NCBI GenBank assembly: GCA_002423385.1
Contig: DIVV01000044.1
Span: 1 to 46,275, forward strand
DNA: 46,275 bases
Source: a bacterium UBP16_UBA6123
Lineage (GTDB): Bacteria; Muiribacteriota; UBA9980
Reading direction: 5' to 3'
The notes under the pieces were generated by a model, which worked only from the letters and a program-made list of their open reading frames with translations, had not been told where the DNA came from and did no database searches. Of the stretch, positions 1 to 10,056 are shown in pieces; the stretch's first letter is position 1, and each line of letters starts with the position of its first letter. Position numbers and translations under genes: made by a program.

Positions 1-1941
1 ACTATGGACTGGATGGTTCAGGAACGCGAACGCGGAATAACTATAACTTCGGCAGCTACAACCACCTACTGGAGAGGTAACCGTGTTAATATTATAGATA
101 CGCCCGGACACGTTGACTTCACGGTCGAGGTAGAAAGGTCGCTTCGCGTATTAGACGGCGCTGTCGCCGTGTTTTGCGCAGTGGGCGGCGTTCAGCCTCA
201 GTCCGAAACGGTCTGGAGACAGGCCGATAAGTACTGCGTTCCGAGGATCGCTTATGTTAATAAAATGGACCGTACCGGCGCCGATTTCGAGCGCGTGGTC
301 GACATGATTAAAACGCGTCTTGGCGCGAATCCCGTACCCATTCAGCTTCCGTTCGGAAAAGAAGATACTTTTAAAGGCTGTATCGATTTAATCGAAATGA
401 AACTTTATTTATTCGACGAATCGACTCTCGGCGTAAAATACGATATCCTCGAAATCCCGGCAGAATATTTAGAGGCGTGCAAACACGCCCGCGAATATAT
501 GATCGAAAAGGTTTCCGAGCACGACGAGGAATTGTATCATAAATACGTCGAAGGCGTAGAAGTCACCAAAGAAGAGCTAAAGCGCGCTTTAAGGAGCGCG
601 ACGGTTTCCATGAAAGTGATACCGGTTATCTGCGGTTCTTCTTTTAAGAATAAAGGCGTTCAAACGATGCTCGATGCGGTAATAGATTATCTGCCTTCGC
701 CGCTCGACGTTCCGCCGATCACGGGAATTCACCCGAAAACGGAAGAACCTTTAACGCGCATGACGGCTGATAACGAAAAATTCTCCGCTCTCGCCTTTAA
801 AATAATGACCGATCCTTACGTTGGAAAATTAACTTATTTCAGAGTTTATTCCGGCGTTTTAACTTCGGGTTCCTACATTTATAATTCGATGCGCGGCACT
901 ACCGAACGCATCGGCAGGCTTTTACAGATGCACGCAAACAGGCGCACTCAGGTTGACAGGGTTTACGCGGGCGATATAGCCGCCGCGGTAGGGTTGAAAA
1001 ATACCACTACGGGCGACACGCTTACCGAACAGAATAATCCGATCATACTCGAAAAGATTACCTTCCCCGATCCTGTCATATCGGTTGCGATAGAGCCTAA
1101 AACCAAAGCCGATCAAGATAAGTTAGGCACTTCTTTAGCTAAGTTAGTCGAAGAAGATCCGACGTTCAGAGTTTCGACGAACGAAGAAACCCAGCAGACG
1201 CTGATTGCGGGCATGGGCGAACTTCATCTCGAAATAATCGTAGACAGGCTTATCCGCGAGTTTAGAGTCGAGGCCAACGTGGGCAAACCTCAGGTTGCCT
1301 ATAAGGAAACGATTTCAAAAACGGCGAAGATCGAAGGCCGTTACGTCCGCCAGAGCGGCGGCCGCGGTCAGTACGGGCATTGCGAGCTTGAAATAAGCCC
1401 CGCGCCTCCAAAATCAGGGTTAATTTTTGAAAATAAGATTATCGGCGGAGTCATTCCGCGCGAATACATACCGGCGATTGAAAAAGGCGTGCGCGAGTCT
1501 GCTGAAAGCGGTACTCTCGCGGGTTTCCCGGTTGTCGACGTTTGCGTGAAATTACTCGACGGTTCTTACCACGAAGTGGATTCCTCTGAAATGGCTTTTA
1601 AAATAGCGGCGTCAATGGCGTTTCGCGACGGCTGCAAAAAATGCAGTCCCGTATTGCTCGAGCCGTATATGGAGATCGAGATCGTTGTCCCCGAAGAGTA
1701 CATGGGTGAAGTGTTAGGCGATCTTAACTCCAGAAGAGGTAAAATTGAAGGTATGGAAATGAGAGGCAACACTCAGATCATAAAAGGGCATGTTCCACTA
1801 TCAGAAATGTTTGGATATTCAACTTCATTACGGTCACTGACACAGGGGCGTGGAACCTATACCATGCAGTTCGCATGTTACGAACAATTACCTCAGTCGC
1901 TCTCAGAGCAAATAATTGAAAGATTTAGAGGCAGATCATAA
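1..1941 (+). CDS. fusA: Elongation factor G, 5'-truncated by the window edge (N-terminal G1 region missing)
   Basis: The translation carries EF-G hallmarks ([22 protein letters not shown], domain IV/V motifs such as [12 protein letters not shown]). The frame is open from nt 1, so the true start lies upstream of the window. Confidence 0.95.
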   Translation, partial: TMDWMVQERERGITITSAATTTYWRGNRVNIIDTPGHVDFTVEVERSLRVLDGAVAVFCAVGGVQPQSETVWRQADKYCVPRIAYVNKMDRTGADFERVVDMIKTRLGANPVPIQLPFGKEDTFKGCIDLIEMKLYLFDESTLGVKYDILEIPAEYLEACKHAREYMIEKVSEHDEELYHKYVEGVEVTKEELKRALRSATVSMKVIPVICGSSFKNKGVQTMLDAVIDYLPSPLDVPPITGIHPKTEEPLTRMTADNEKFSALAFKIMTDPYVGKLTYFRVYSGVLTSGSYIYNSMRGTTERIGRLLQMHANRRTQVDRVYAGDIAAAVGLKNTTTGDTLTEQNNPIILEKITFPDPVISVAIEPKTKADQDKLGTSLAKLVEEDPTFRVSTNEETQQTLIAGMGELHLEIIVDRLIREFRVEANVGKPQVAYKETISKTAKIEGRYVRQSGGRGQYGHCELEISPAPPKSGLIFENKIIGGVIPREYIPAIEKGVRESAESGTLAGFPVVDVCVKLLDGSYHEVDSSEMAFKIAASMAFRDGCKKCSPVLLEPYMEIEIVVPEEYMGEVLGDLNSRRGKIEGMEMRGNTQIIKGHVPLSEMFGYSTSLRSLTQGRGTYTMQFACYEQLPQSLSEQIIERFRGRS

Positions 1942-1976
1942 TAACGATATAGAGCGAAAATTAAATAAAATAAGTA

Positions 1977-2005
1977 TTTAACTTTCGTAAAAAGTATGTT
2001 ATAAT
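1977..2005 (+). promoter_or_regulatory. Putative sigma70-type promoter for tuf (TTTAAC -17- TATAAT with an extended -10 TGtTATAAT)
   Basis: tgttataat lies at about 1997-2005, with a weak -35 seventeen nt upstream and the tuf RBS AGGAGG at about 2047. Confidence 0.35.
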
Positions 2006-2062
2006 ATCTGGAATCAAAAAAAACAAGAAAAATTAATAAAAATTCAGGAGGATATATTTAAA

Positions 2063-3268
2063 ATGGCAAAAGAAAAATTCGAAAGAAATAAGCCGCATCT
2101 TAACATAGGCACAGTCGGACACGTTGACCACGGTAAAACCACGCTTACATCGGCTATCACAAAAGTTCTCTCGCACATCGGCCTCGCCGACGCAAAAGAC
2201 TTCTACGATATCGATAAAGCTCCCGAATCACGCGAACGCGGTATCACCATAGCTATCGCTCACGTTGAATACCAGACCAAAACCCGTCACTACGCTCACG
2301 TTGATTGCCCGGGCCACGCGGATTACATCAAAAACATGATCACCGGCGCGGCACAGATGGACGGAGCCATCCTCGTAGTATCGGCCGCTGACGGCCCGAT
2401 GCCTCAGACTCGCGAACACATACTTCTCGCCCGCCAGGTCGGCGTTCCGAGAATAGTCGTGTTTTTGAATAAAGTTGACATGGTTGACGATTCCGAATTA
2501 TTAGACCTTGTAGAGCTCGAAATGCGCGACCTTCTTACCAAGTACGAATTCCCGGGTTCCGAAATACCGATAATCCGCGGATCGGCTTTAAAAGCGATGG
2601 AAGACGCTACGGCTAACAATTACGACAGCAAATGGTGCAAAGCTATATACGAACTCATGGACGCGGTAGACGCTTATATCCCGCTTCCTCCGCGCGAAAC
2701 CGAAAAACCTTTCTTAATGCCGGTTGAAGACGTGTTCTCCATCACCGGACGCGGCACGGTCGCTACGGGCAGAATCGAACGCGGCATAGTTAAAGTCGGC
2801 GAAGAAGTCGAATTAATCGGCCTCAAAGAAAAAAGCACGAAAACCGTCGTTACCGGCGTTGAAATGTTTCGTAAACTCCTCGATGAAGGCCAGGCCGGCG
2901 ACAACGTGGGCTTACTTCTTCGCGGCGTAGACAAAGAAGCCATCGAACGCGGACAGGTTCTTGCTAAACCCGGTTCGATCAAGCCGCACACAAAATTCAA
3001 AGCCCAGGTTTACATACTTTCAAAAGAAGAAGGCGGACGTCACACTCCGTTCTTCAAAGGTTACAGGCCTCAGTTCTATTTCAGAACCACGGACGTAACC
3101 GGTTCGATCGAGCTTCCTGACGGCGCAGAAATGATTATGCCCGGCGACAACGTAGCCATCAACGTAGAGCTCATTATGCCTATCGCTATGGAAAAAGAAC
3201 TTCGCTTCGCTATCCGCGAAGGCGGCAGAACTGTCGGCGCAGGCGTAGTTTCAGAAGTTATCGACTAA
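2063..3268 (+). CDS. tuf: Elongation factor Tu
   Basis: [18 protein letters not shown] and NKVD GTPase motifs are present. The product is 401 aa, preceded by a strong RBS AGGAGG 8 nt upstream. Confidence 0.97.
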   Translation: MAKEKFERNKPHLNIGTVGHVDHGKTTLTSAITKVLSHIGLADAKDFYDIDKAPESRERGITIAIAHVEYQTKTRHYAHVDCPGHADYIKNMITGAAQMDGAILVVSAADGPMPQTREHILLARQVGVPRIVVFLNKVDMVDDSELLDLVELEMRDLLTKYEFPGSEIPIIRGSALKAMEDATANNYDSKWCKAIYELMDAVDAYIPLPPRETEKPFLMPVEDVFSITGRGTVATGRIERGIVKVGEEVELIGLKEKSTKTVVTGVEMFRKLLDEGQAGDNVGLLLRGVDKEAIERGQVLAKPGSIKPHTKFKAQVYILSKEEGGRHTPFFKGYRPQFYFRTTDVTGSIELPDGAEMIMPGDNVAINVELIMPIAMEKELRFAIREGGRTVGAGVVSEVID

Positions 3269-3283
3269 TTTTGTAAAAAAGCT

Positions 3284-3312
3284 TGACAACAAGCTAATTA
3301 GTGTGATATAAT
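3284..3312 (+). promoter_or_regulatory. Near-consensus sigma70 promoter (TTGACA -17- TATAAT, extended -10 TGaTATAAT)
   Basis: gcTTGACAacaagctaattagtgTGaTATAATtaac sits directly after the tuf stop. It probably drives rpmG-tRNA-Trp-secE-nusG. Confidence 0.6.
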
Positions 3313-3332
3313 TAACAGATGTTATTAAGCTA

Positions 3333-3369
3333 AGCCTGAAACGGCATTAAAAACCGTTTCAGGCTTAAG
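3333..3369 (+). promoter_or_regulatory. 12-bp perfect stem-loop in the 5' leader of rpmG (agcctgaaacgg / ccgtttcaggct, loop cattaaaaa)
   Basis: The inverted repeat is read directly from the sequence. No T-tract follows it, so it is not a canonical intrinsic terminator. Confidence 0.5.
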
Positions 3370-3459
3370 CGAACTAAAATATAAACCAAAAACACTGCGC
3401 CGCGTGAGGTTTTACACCACAAAGCGGCCGCAAAAAAAAGATAAGACAGGAGAATTAAC

Positions 3460-3609
3460 ATGCGCGAAATTATTACACTCGAATGCACGACCTGCAAAAA
3501 CAGGAACTATTCGACCACAAAAAACAAACGCAAGACGACTGACCGCCTTGTGTTAAAAAAATATTGCAAATATGATCGCAAGCATACCGACCACAAAGAA
3601 GCTAAATAA
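3460..3609 (+). CDS. rpmG: 50S ribosomal protein L33
   Basis: This 49-aa ORF ([49 protein letters not shown]) is absent from the ORF track because it is under 60 aa. It carries the L33 signature, an RBS GGAGAA upstream and the conserved position between tuf and secE. Confidence 0.85.
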   Translation: MREIITLECTTCKNRNYSTTKNKRKTTDRLVLKKYCKYDRKHTDHKEAK

Positions 3610-3755
3610 TTGACGCTTGTGCGTTTTTATTCCGCGCTTTTTCTTTGTAATTGAACGGTTTGCGCGCGCATTAACGCCCGATAGTGCAAATTGGGCCGTT
3701 TAAAGAGGCGCGCCGCACGCCGGACGGACGGCAAAAAAGCGGTTGTCTTTCGCGA

Positions 3756-3826
3756 AGGGCTATAGTTCAATGGTAGAATAGCGGTCTCCAAAACCGTTGA
3801 TGGCGGTTCAAATCCGTCTGGCCCTG
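3756..3826 (+). tRNA. trnW: tRNA-Trp (anticodon CCA)
   Basis: AGGGCUAUAGUUCAAUGGUAGAAUAGCGGUCUCCAAAACCG...GGUUCAAAUCCGUCUGGCCCUG has a 7-bp acceptor stem, a TpsiC arm GGCGG/CCGTC, an anticodon loop cuCCAaa and no encoded CCA. It occupies the classic position between rpmG and secE. Confidence 0.85.
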
Positions 3827-3892
3827 TTTCATAATTTAATAACGAAACATAGTAATTATGTTAAAAAGTTTATACGGTGGTGAATTGTAACA

Positions 3893-4114
3893 ATGAGTTT
3901 AAGCGAATCAATAAAAGGCGGCTACGCAAGATTAAAAGAATTCCTCGGCCTCGAAGTTCCCGCGGAAATGAAAAAGGTCTCCTGGCCTAACAAACAGTCC
4001 GTTTACGCTTCCACTAAAGCCGTTGTAATATCGGTTATAATGATATCCATTTACATAGGCGTAGTTGATCAGGTTTTCAACCGCTTATTTGAAGTTATTT
4101 TAAAAGTAAAATAG
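3893..4114 (+). CDS. secE: Preprotein translocase subunit SecE
   Basis: The 73-aa product has a single C-terminal TM helix (VVISVIMISIYIGVVD) and lies immediately upstream of nusG, the conserved secE-nusG arrangement. Confidence 0.85.
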   Translation: MSLSESIKGGYARLKEFLGLEVPAEMKKVSWPNKQSVYASTKAVVISVIMISIYIGVVDQVFNRLFEVILKVK

Positions 4115-4246
4115 TTTTTTGCGCGTCCGGGCGTTTTATTAGCGTCCGGCATTGAATTTAATAGAAATGGGGTGCCGCTTTAAAAACAGAAAGCGACTTT
4201 TGGTCGGTTGAATATTCAACCTGGTAAAGCTTTTTGAGCGATATTT

Positions 4247-4777
4247 ATGGAAAGATCCTGGTATGTTGTTCACACTTATTCCGGTTCGGAAGATAAAGTA
4301 AAAACTAATATCCGTCAGCGTATCGAAAGCATGGGCATGAAGGACCAGATTTTTACTGTCGTCGTTCCTAAAGAAAAAGTCGTTGAAATTAAAGACGGCA
4401 AACGCATCGAAGTTGAGCGTAAAGTTTATCCCGGCTATATTTACGTCGAAATGATACTCACCGACGATTCATGGTATGTCGTGCGTAATACGCCCGGCGT
4501 CACCGGTTTTATCGGCTTCGGTAATAAACCCACTCCGCTTACCGAAAAAGACGTTCAGGGCATAATGAAACTGCTCGGATACGGCGAACAGAAACCCGAA
4601 GATAAAATCACTTTCAAAGTCGGGCAGAAAGTACGCGTTATCGAAGGTCCTTTCTCGGGCTTCAACGGAACAATCGACAGCATCAGCCCCGAAAAACATC
4701 TTGTTAAGATTATGCTCAAGATATTCGGCCGCGATACTTCGGTAGAACTCGATTTCGCACAAATTGAAGAAGCTTAA
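4247..4777 (+). CDS. nusG: Transcription termination/antitermination factor NusG
   Basis: An NGN domain (WYVVHTYSGSE) and a KOW motif (KVRVIEGPFSGFNGTI) are present. The product is 176 aa. Confidence 0.95.
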   Translation: MERSWYVVHTYSGSEDKVKTNIRQRIESMGMKDQIFTVVVPKEKVVEIKDGKRIEVERKVYPGYIYVEMILTDDSWYVVRNTPGVTGFIGFGNKPTPLTEKDVQGIMKLLGYGEQKPEDKITFKVGQKVRVIEGPFSGFNGTIDSISPEKHLVKIMLKIFGRDTSVELDFAQIEEA

Positions 4778-4882
4778 AATTAAGCGTTTTACGATTTTTA
4801 TATAAAATATTAGTTACTGTAAATAATCAGTTAATTATTAGCACAATAAAAATATCAAACACAACTCGGAAGGAGAAATATC

Positions 4883-5311
4883 ATGGCTAAAAAAGTCGTC
4901 GCCTATGTTAAACTGCAATGCCCGGCCGGCAAAGCTAATCCCGCGCCTCCAGTAGGTCCCGCACTCGGCCAGCACGGCGTTAACATCATGGCATTTTGTA
5001 AAGAGTTCAACGCCCGCACTTCGGCGCAGGCTGGAACTATTATCCCGGTTGTTATTACGGTTTACGCCGACAAGAGTTTTGATTTCATATGCAAAACTCC
5101 GCCTGCAGCGATTTTATTACGCGAAGCGTTAAAACTCGAAAAAGGTTCCGGCGTTCCTAATAAAACTAAAGTCGGCAAAATAACTATGTCGAAGCTCAAA
5201 GAGATCGCTAAAAGAAAACTTAACGACCTTAACGCTTACGACGAAGAACAGGGCGCGAAAATCATCGGCGGCACAGCACGCTCGATGGGCATCGACGTTA
5301 TCGAAGATTAA
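4883..5311 (+). CDS. rplK: 50S ribosomal protein L11
   Basis: The conserved [27 protein letters not shown] motif is present and the RBS is GGAAGGAG. Confidence 0.97.
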   Translation: MAKKVVAYVKLQCPAGKANPAPPVGPALGQHGVNIMAFCKEFNARTSAQAGTIIPVVITVYADKSFDFICKTPPAAILLREALKLEKGSGVPNKTKVGKITMSKLKEIAKRKLNDLNAYDEEQGAKIIGGTARSMGIDVIED

Positions 5312-5414
5312 TTTAAATAATTAATCGACCTTACAGATTCATTTAAGGCGCCTCACGCGCGCCGCTATTTGTGGAAGGATTTAATCCGCTATACCACGAG
5401 GAGGTTTACAGTTA

Positions 5415-6104
5415 ATGGGTAAAAAATTCGAAGCCGCTTTAAAAAAAGTGGAAGCCAACAAACTTTATAACTATCAGGACGCCATAAAACTCGCTAAAGA
5501 AATCGCTTTTACCAAATTCGACTCTTCATTCGAAATTGCCTTCAAACTTGGCGTTGACCCGAAACATGCCGATCAGCAGGTTAGAAGCACGGTCGTTCTT
5601 CCTCACGGCACGGGTAAAAAGGTTAAAATATTAGTTTTCGCCGCCGGCGAAAAAGCAAAAGAAGCCGAACAGGCTGGCGCAGATTACGTAGGCGCTGACG
5701 ATTACGCCGAAAAAATCAAAAAAGAAAGCTGGACCGATTTCGATTTCGTAGTAGCTACTCCCGATATGATGAAAATCGTCGGACAGCTCGGTAAAATATT
5801 AGGCCCCCGCGGCTTAATGCCGAACCCGAAAACCGGAACGGTTACATTCGATATCGCTAAAACCGTTAAAGAATTAAAAGCCGGCCGTATCGAGTTCCGC
5901 ACCGAAAAAACCGGTATAATCCACGGACCGTTCGGTAAAACTTCTTTTGACGAACAGAAATTGAACGACAACTTCAAGTCTTTCTACGAAGCGGTCGTCA
6001 GAGCTAAACCGACAGGCGCAAAAGGCCAGTATATCAAAACCATAACTATATCCACTACTATGGGTCCCGGCATGCGCATCAATCCTACTTCGGCAGCTTT
6101 ATAA
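5415..6104 (+). CDS. rplA: 50S ribosomal protein L1
   Basis: The 229-aa product shows the L1 family pattern ([20 protein letters not shown]...[12 protein letters not shown]) and the RBS is GAGGAGG. Confidence 0.97.
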   Translation: MGKKFEAALKKVEANKLYNYQDAIKLAKEIAFTKFDSSFEIAFKLGVDPKHADQQVRSTVVLPHGTGKKVKILVFAAGEKAKEAEQAGADYVGADDYAEKIKKESWTDFDFVVATPDMMKIVGQLGKILGPRGLMPNPKTGTVTFDIAKTVKELKAGRIEFRTEKTGIIHGPFGKTSFDEQKLNDNFKSFYEAVVRAKPTGAKGQYIKTITISTTMGPGMRINPTSAAL

Positions 6105-6346
6105 TATCGGCTTGCGCAACAAGTAGTTTATAAACTGGTTCTTTATATAAAAACGATTTTATAATTTGTTAAAGACAGCATGGCAGGCTTTTGCCTTTAA
6201 TCGCGCCTGATATTTTTCAGGGCGGCCGGCCGAAACAGTATAATATTTTTTTTGAATATGCTTATTTTATGTTATGCCCGCCGGCGTTACTCTTTGTGGC
6301 GGCGGCGGTAAATATAATTATAATCTGATATTCTAATAAAAAATAA

Positions 6347-6397
6347 CCCCGCGTTGTTTCGGCGTCATTTTATCGCAGCAGCGCGGGGTTTTTATTT
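6347..6397 (+). terminator. Intrinsic terminator/attenuator inside the ~350-nt rplJ leader
   Basis: A stem of about 12 bp (ccccgcgttgtt / agcagcgcgggg) is followed by TTTTTATTT, about 60 nt upstream of the rplJ start. Confidence 0.55.
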
Positions 6398-6457
6398 GAA
6401 GATCTAAATCAATGTAAAATAATACTAAATTAAAAATCAAAGGAGGTGTACACATTA

Positions 6458-6982
6458 ATGCCAACACCACAAAAAGAGCAAAAAGTTAAATTGATCAAAG
6501 AGAAATTAGGACAGGCGCAGGGATTTATTTTAACGGACTTCAAAGGCGTTACGGTTAAAGATATCTCGAATCTTCGCCGTAAATTAAGAGCCGAAAAAGT
6601 TGAATATCGCATATTCAAAAACAACCTCGCGCGTATCGCGGTTTCCGAATTCGGATACGCCGCAATCGAAAAGCACATGACCGGCACGACCGCTATAGCT
6701 ATAGCTTACGGCGATCCTATAGCCCCTCTGAAAGTGCTCCACGAGTTTGAAAAGGTTAAAAAAATACCTTTAAAAGCGGGCGTTATCAATGGTGAAATAT
6801 TTAACGCTGAACAGCTTATAGTTATGCGCAGCATACCGGCTATGCCGCAATTGCGCTCCATGTTCTTATCAGTTCTGCAGTCGCCTGCACGCGGTTTCGT
6901 TACCGTCGTTTCGGCCGGCGTGAGAGGTTTAGTACAGGTGCTTTCACAGCGCGCAAAGAAAATGGAAGAGGGCAACGCATAA
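6458..6982 (+). CDS. rplJ: 50S ribosomal protein L10
   Basis: MPTPQKEQKVKLIKEK... matches the L10 family. The ATG at 6458 sits 11 nt after the RBS AGGAGG. The ORF-track GTG start at 6446 overlaps that RBS and is less likely. Confidence 0.93.
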   Translation: MPTPQKEQKVKLIKEKLGQAQGFILTDFKGVTVKDISNLRRKLRAEKVEYRIFKNNLARIAVSEFGYAAIEKHMTGTTAIAIAYGDPIAPLKVLHEFEKVKKIPLKAGVINGEIFNAEQLIVMRSIPAMPQLRSMFLSVLQSPARGFVTVVSAGVRGLVQVLSQRAKKMEEGNA

Positions 6983-7087
6983 TTTTAGCGGAGACCAACG
7001 ATATAAAAATTTATATTTAAATCTTTATATTTTAAACAATAATATAGTTTAATTAATCCAAAATAATATCAGGAGGAAATAATTACA

Positions 7088-7450
7088 ATGACAAAAGATG
7101 AATTAATCCAGGCGCTTGAAAAAATGACCTTACTCGAAGTTAACGATTTAGTAAAAACCCTCGAAGAAAAATGGGGAGTTTCCGCGGCAGCTCCGGTAGC
7201 GGTAGCAGCAGCAGCTCCTGCGGCAGCGGCAGTTGAAAAAACTGAATTCGACGTTATCCTTACCGATTCCGGCGCAAACAAAATCAACGTTATCAAAGTT
7301 GTTCGCGAAATCACCGGCCTCGGCTTAAAAGATGCGAAAGACTTAGTTGACGGCGCTCCGAAACCCGTAAAAGAAGGCATCGCAAAGAAAGACGCTGAAG
7401 ACATAAAAGGTAAAATCGAAGCAGCAGGCGGAAAAGTAACACTCCAGTAA
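7088..7450 (+). CDS. rplL: 50S ribosomal protein L7/L12
   Basis: An Ala-rich hinge ([19 protein letters not shown]) and a C-terminal domain ([28 protein letters not shown]) are present. Confidence 0.97.
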   Translation: MTKDELIQALEKMTLLEVNDLVKTLEEKWGVSAAAPVAVAAAAPAAAAVEKTEFDVILTDSGANKINVIKVVREITGLGLKDAKDLVDGAPKPVKEGIAKKDAEDIKGKIEAAGGKVTLQ

Positions 7451-7494
7451 TTGCTTTTTTGTGGTAAATAAAGCTTAAAGCTCGATAACATAAT

Positions 7495-7531
7495 AAAACC
7501 CCCGCGGAATTTGATTTCGCGGGGGTTTTTT
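7495..7531. terminator. Bidirectional intrinsic terminator shared by rplL (+) and the flotillin gene (-)
   Basis: AAAA-cccccgcg-(11-nt loop)-cgcggggg-TTTTTT has an 8-bp GC stem flanked by an A-tract and a T-tract, and sits between convergent genes. Confidence 0.8.
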
Positions 7532-7629
7532 ACGCCTGATTAATTTTTTAAAATATATTTACATTACATCATGTCATATTATGCCATATCATATCATTTT
7601 TTTATGATATTGATATACTAATGATATTT

Positions 7630-9156
7630 TTATTTTTTCTTTTCAGTTTCGCCTGCGCCCGGGGTTTCGGAATTATTCACATTTTCTTTACCCTCGAGCC
7701 TTTTAATTATATTTTCGAGTTTTATGCCGGTCAGCGATTCTATCGCCGGCGGAAGCTGCGCGATGACGCCGAGAACGTCGCGGGTCAGTTTGGATGCTCC
7801 GCCTTCGCCGCCGTTGCCCGAATTTATCATAACTATCTTTTCAGTGCGCGATAAAGGCTCGGCTACGGCACGGGCGAGCTCCGGCAGTTTTTCTACTACC
7901 ATCTGAACGATAGCAGCGTCGTTATATTTCTGCCATGCCGCCGCTTTTTCGCTCATCGCATCGGCTTCGGACTGGCCTTTCGCCTTTATGATTTCCGCTT
8001 CGGTTAACCCGCGGTTCTTTTCGATTTCGATCGCTGTGGCGCCTTTAGCTTTTTCGACTTCAGCCTCGGCCATACCTTTGGCTTTTTCGACTTCGACTTC
8101 GGTCAGGCTTTTAAATTTAGCCGCGCCTGCGAGCATTTCTATTTTCTGCTTTTCCGCTTCGGCCGCTTTAATTACCGTTGCCTCGAATTCCTGCTGTTTT
8201 CTTTTAACTTCTTTTTCCTGTATTTCAATCGATTTTTCTTTTTCGACGATCTGCACGTTCATTTCTTCACGCTTGACTTCCTGCTGCTTAATATTATATT
8301 CGAGATCGTAAGCAAGATCGGTCTGCGCCTTCTTTTTATTTACCGACGCCTGATATTCAGCCTGATTCATTTCGTAATCGCGGGTTTTTTCGGCGATTCT
8401 GGTCTTGGCTTCTATTTTAGCTATTTCGCCGTCGCGCGCGGCTTCGGAAGCCTTTATAGTGGCCGTCATCTGAGCGTTGGCTTCGCCTATCGAGGCGTCT
8501 TTTTTAATTTCGGCGATACGCGCTTTACCGAGCGATTCGAGGTACTGATTTTCGTCGGTTATATCGCGCAGCGTGAAGGATACGATACATAAACCCATGT
8601 TAGAAAGATCGGGAGCTGAAACCTGCTGAACCTTTATGGCGAACTCGTCGCGGTTTTTATAGATATCTTCGACGGTCATCGTGCCGAGTATGGCGCGCAA
8701 ATGACCTTCGAGCGTCTGGTGAGCGATTTTCATAATTTCAATCTGGGTTTTTGATAAGAATTGCTCCGCCGCGGTGCCTATGGATATTTCGTCTGATTTG
8801 ACTTTTATCTGGGCTACGCCGTCAACTAATACCGGAACGCCGTGCAGCGTTATAACCGGAGGGGTTTTAATATCGAGCGTGATTAATTCCATCGACATTA
8901 TCTGCGCCTGTTCGATAACCGGAATTACGAACGCGCCGCCGCCATGGACGATTCTATAGCCCACCACGGTCAGGGAGCCGTCGGGATGAATCACCTTGCG
9001 CTTGCGGCCCGAAATAATAAGAACTTCGTTAGGACCGACTTTAATATACCTCGACGCCCATATATAAGCGAAAAGGAATATTACCAGTAAGACGAAACCG
9101 GCCATATAAGCCGCCGTTGTTGACATGGAATTTAAAACTTCCATAGATTGCCCCAT
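7630..9156 (-). CDS. Flotillin-like SPFH/band-7 domain protein (YqiK/FloA-like)
   Basis: The product has an N-terminal TM helix, an SPFH domain and a long coiled coil with EA-rich repeats (AEAEVEKAKGMAEAEVEKAKG). The RBS is AAGGAGA. Confidence 0.9.
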   Translation of the reverse strand: MGQSMEVLNSMSTTAAYMAGFVLLVIFLFAYIWASRYIKVGPNEVLIISGRKRKVIHPDGSLTVVGYRIVHGGGAFVIPVIEQAQIMSMELITLDIKTPPVITLHGVPVLVDGVAQIKVKSDEISIGTAAEQFLSKTQIEIMKIAHQTLEGHLRAILGTMTVEDIYKNRDEFAIKVQQVSAPDLSNMGLCIVSFTLRDITDENQYLESLGKARIAEIKKDASIGEANAQMTATIKASEAARDGEIAKIEAKTRIAEKTRDYEMNQAEYQASVNKKKAQTDLAYDLEYNIKQQEVKREEMNVQIVEKEKSIEIQEKEVKRKQQEFEATVIKAAEAEKQKIEMLAGAAKFKSLTEVEVEKAKGMAEAEVEKAKGATAIEIEKNRGLTEAEIIKAKGQSEADAMSEKAAAWQKYNDAAIVQMVVEKLPELARAVAEPLSRTEKIVMINSGNGGEGGASKLTRDVLGVIAQLPPAIESLTGIKLENIIKRLEGKENVNNSETPGAGETEKKK

Positions 9157-9260
9157 CTCCTTTTTAATATAACTTGTTTTTATTAATGCCCGTGTGTAAA
9201 TCCGTATTTATCCCATATAAGTTCCGTTTGAATTGTATATCAATCGTGCGCTAATGCCTG

Positions 9261-9899
9261 TTATTCCTGAACATAAAGATAATTATTATCCGCTTTTATA
9301 ATATTTACTTTCCTGTTTTTTTCGATCATTTTTCCGTCGATAGATCTGGCCATCGCTACCTGGCGCCTTCCTTTGGCTGCGAATACGACCTGTCCGATAG
9401 GATTTTCATCATTTATACCGACGGTCAGTTCGCCGTTAATGCCTATCATATCGCTTTCTTTCACATTCGAAGAGCTCTGCACTTCACGAAAGACCATCGC
9501 AAAAGCGTAAAAAGTAAGCACGGCTATCATGCAGGCGAAAATAATGCCGGCTACTATGCCCATCACGGCGAAATAATTGCCGAAAACCTTCTGCCAGCAT
9601 ATTCCAAAGCCGCCGAAAGAAGTCGCGAACACCGATATCGTCATAGGAGAAAAAAGGGCCGGACCGGGAAGATTTGAATCGCCCGCGTCAGCTTGAGCGT
9701 GGGAAGTGTCATGACCGGCATGATGAATATCGACGACCCCGTCGCCTGAGTCATGAACTAATTCGTGCGACGAACTTAAATCGCCGTGATCAGCGTCGGA
9801 ATCGCCTGAAAAAGCTGAAAAAACTGCCGACAAAACGGCAAAACCAAGGCCCAGGACGAAGGAAAATGTGTATATTGACCCTAAATGCGCTTCCAGCAT
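9261..9899 (-). CDS. NfeD/YqiJ-like membrane protein, partner of the flotillin
   Basis: The product has multiple TM helices and a C-terminal NfeD-like OB-fold (GINGELTVGINDENPIGQVVFAAKGRRQVAMARSIDG). It lies directly upstream of the SPFH gene in the same orientation. An unusual His/Asp-rich loop (DSDADHGDLSSSHELVHDSGDGVVDIHHAGHDTSH) is also present. Confidence 0.75.
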   Translation of the reverse strand: MLEAHLGSIYTFSFVLGLGFAVLSAVFSAFSGDSDADHGDLSSSHELVHDSGDGVVDIHHAGHDTSHAQADAGDSNLPGPALFSPMTISVFATSFGGFGICWQKVFGNYFAVMGIVAGIIFACMIAVLTFYAFAMVFREVQSSSNVKESDMIGINGELTVGINDENPIGQVVFAAKGRRQVAMARSIDGKMIEKNRKVNIIKADNNYLYVQE

Positions 9900-10019
9900 A
9901 GCATATCTCCTTTTAATAAATTTCTTTTAATTCATTATAATTCTTCGAATACCCAAATAATCTTAACATATTTAGCTATATATGTCAATCTTGATTTTCA
10001 TTTTGATTTCCATTTTATC

Positions 10020-10049
10020 TTGACTGAATAAGTGCTTTCATGTTATAAT
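10020..10049 (+). promoter_or_regulatory. Sigma70-type promoter (TTGACT -17/18- TATAAT) ending about 7 nt before the ATG of the HAD gene, which points to a leaderless mRNA
   Basis: In cTTGACTgaataagtgctttcatgtTATAATtttcactATG there is no RBS between the -10 element and the ATG at 10057. Confidence 0.45.
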
Positions 10050-10056
10050 TTTCACT

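Noticed and set aside
2228-3000. Three antisense ORFs (63-108 aa) inside tuf
   Set aside because: They are fully embedded in the highly conserved EF-Tu coding region on the opposite strand. Their Arg/Ser-rich low-complexity translations are typical of spurious reverse-frame ORFs in this region.
4115-4246. Direct repeat gcgtccgg x2 in the secE-nusG spacer
   Set aside because: The copies are short (8 bp), there are only two, and they form no stable hairpin. They are most likely chance or part of an unremarkable nusG leader.
7541-7629. AT-rich run with CATATCAT-type repeats (acattacatcatgtcatattatgccatatcatatcat) downstream of the flotillin gene
   Set aside because: It is short, degenerate and low-complexity and lies in a 3' region just past the bidirectional terminator. 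It has no clear structure or periodicity beyond AT-richness.
9674-9901. Arg-rich 75-aa ORF on the + strand
   Set aside because: It is antisense to the NfeD-like gene and its highly basic low-complexity sequence (RRPRRLSHELIRATNLNRRDQRRNRLKK) is typical of a spurious frame.
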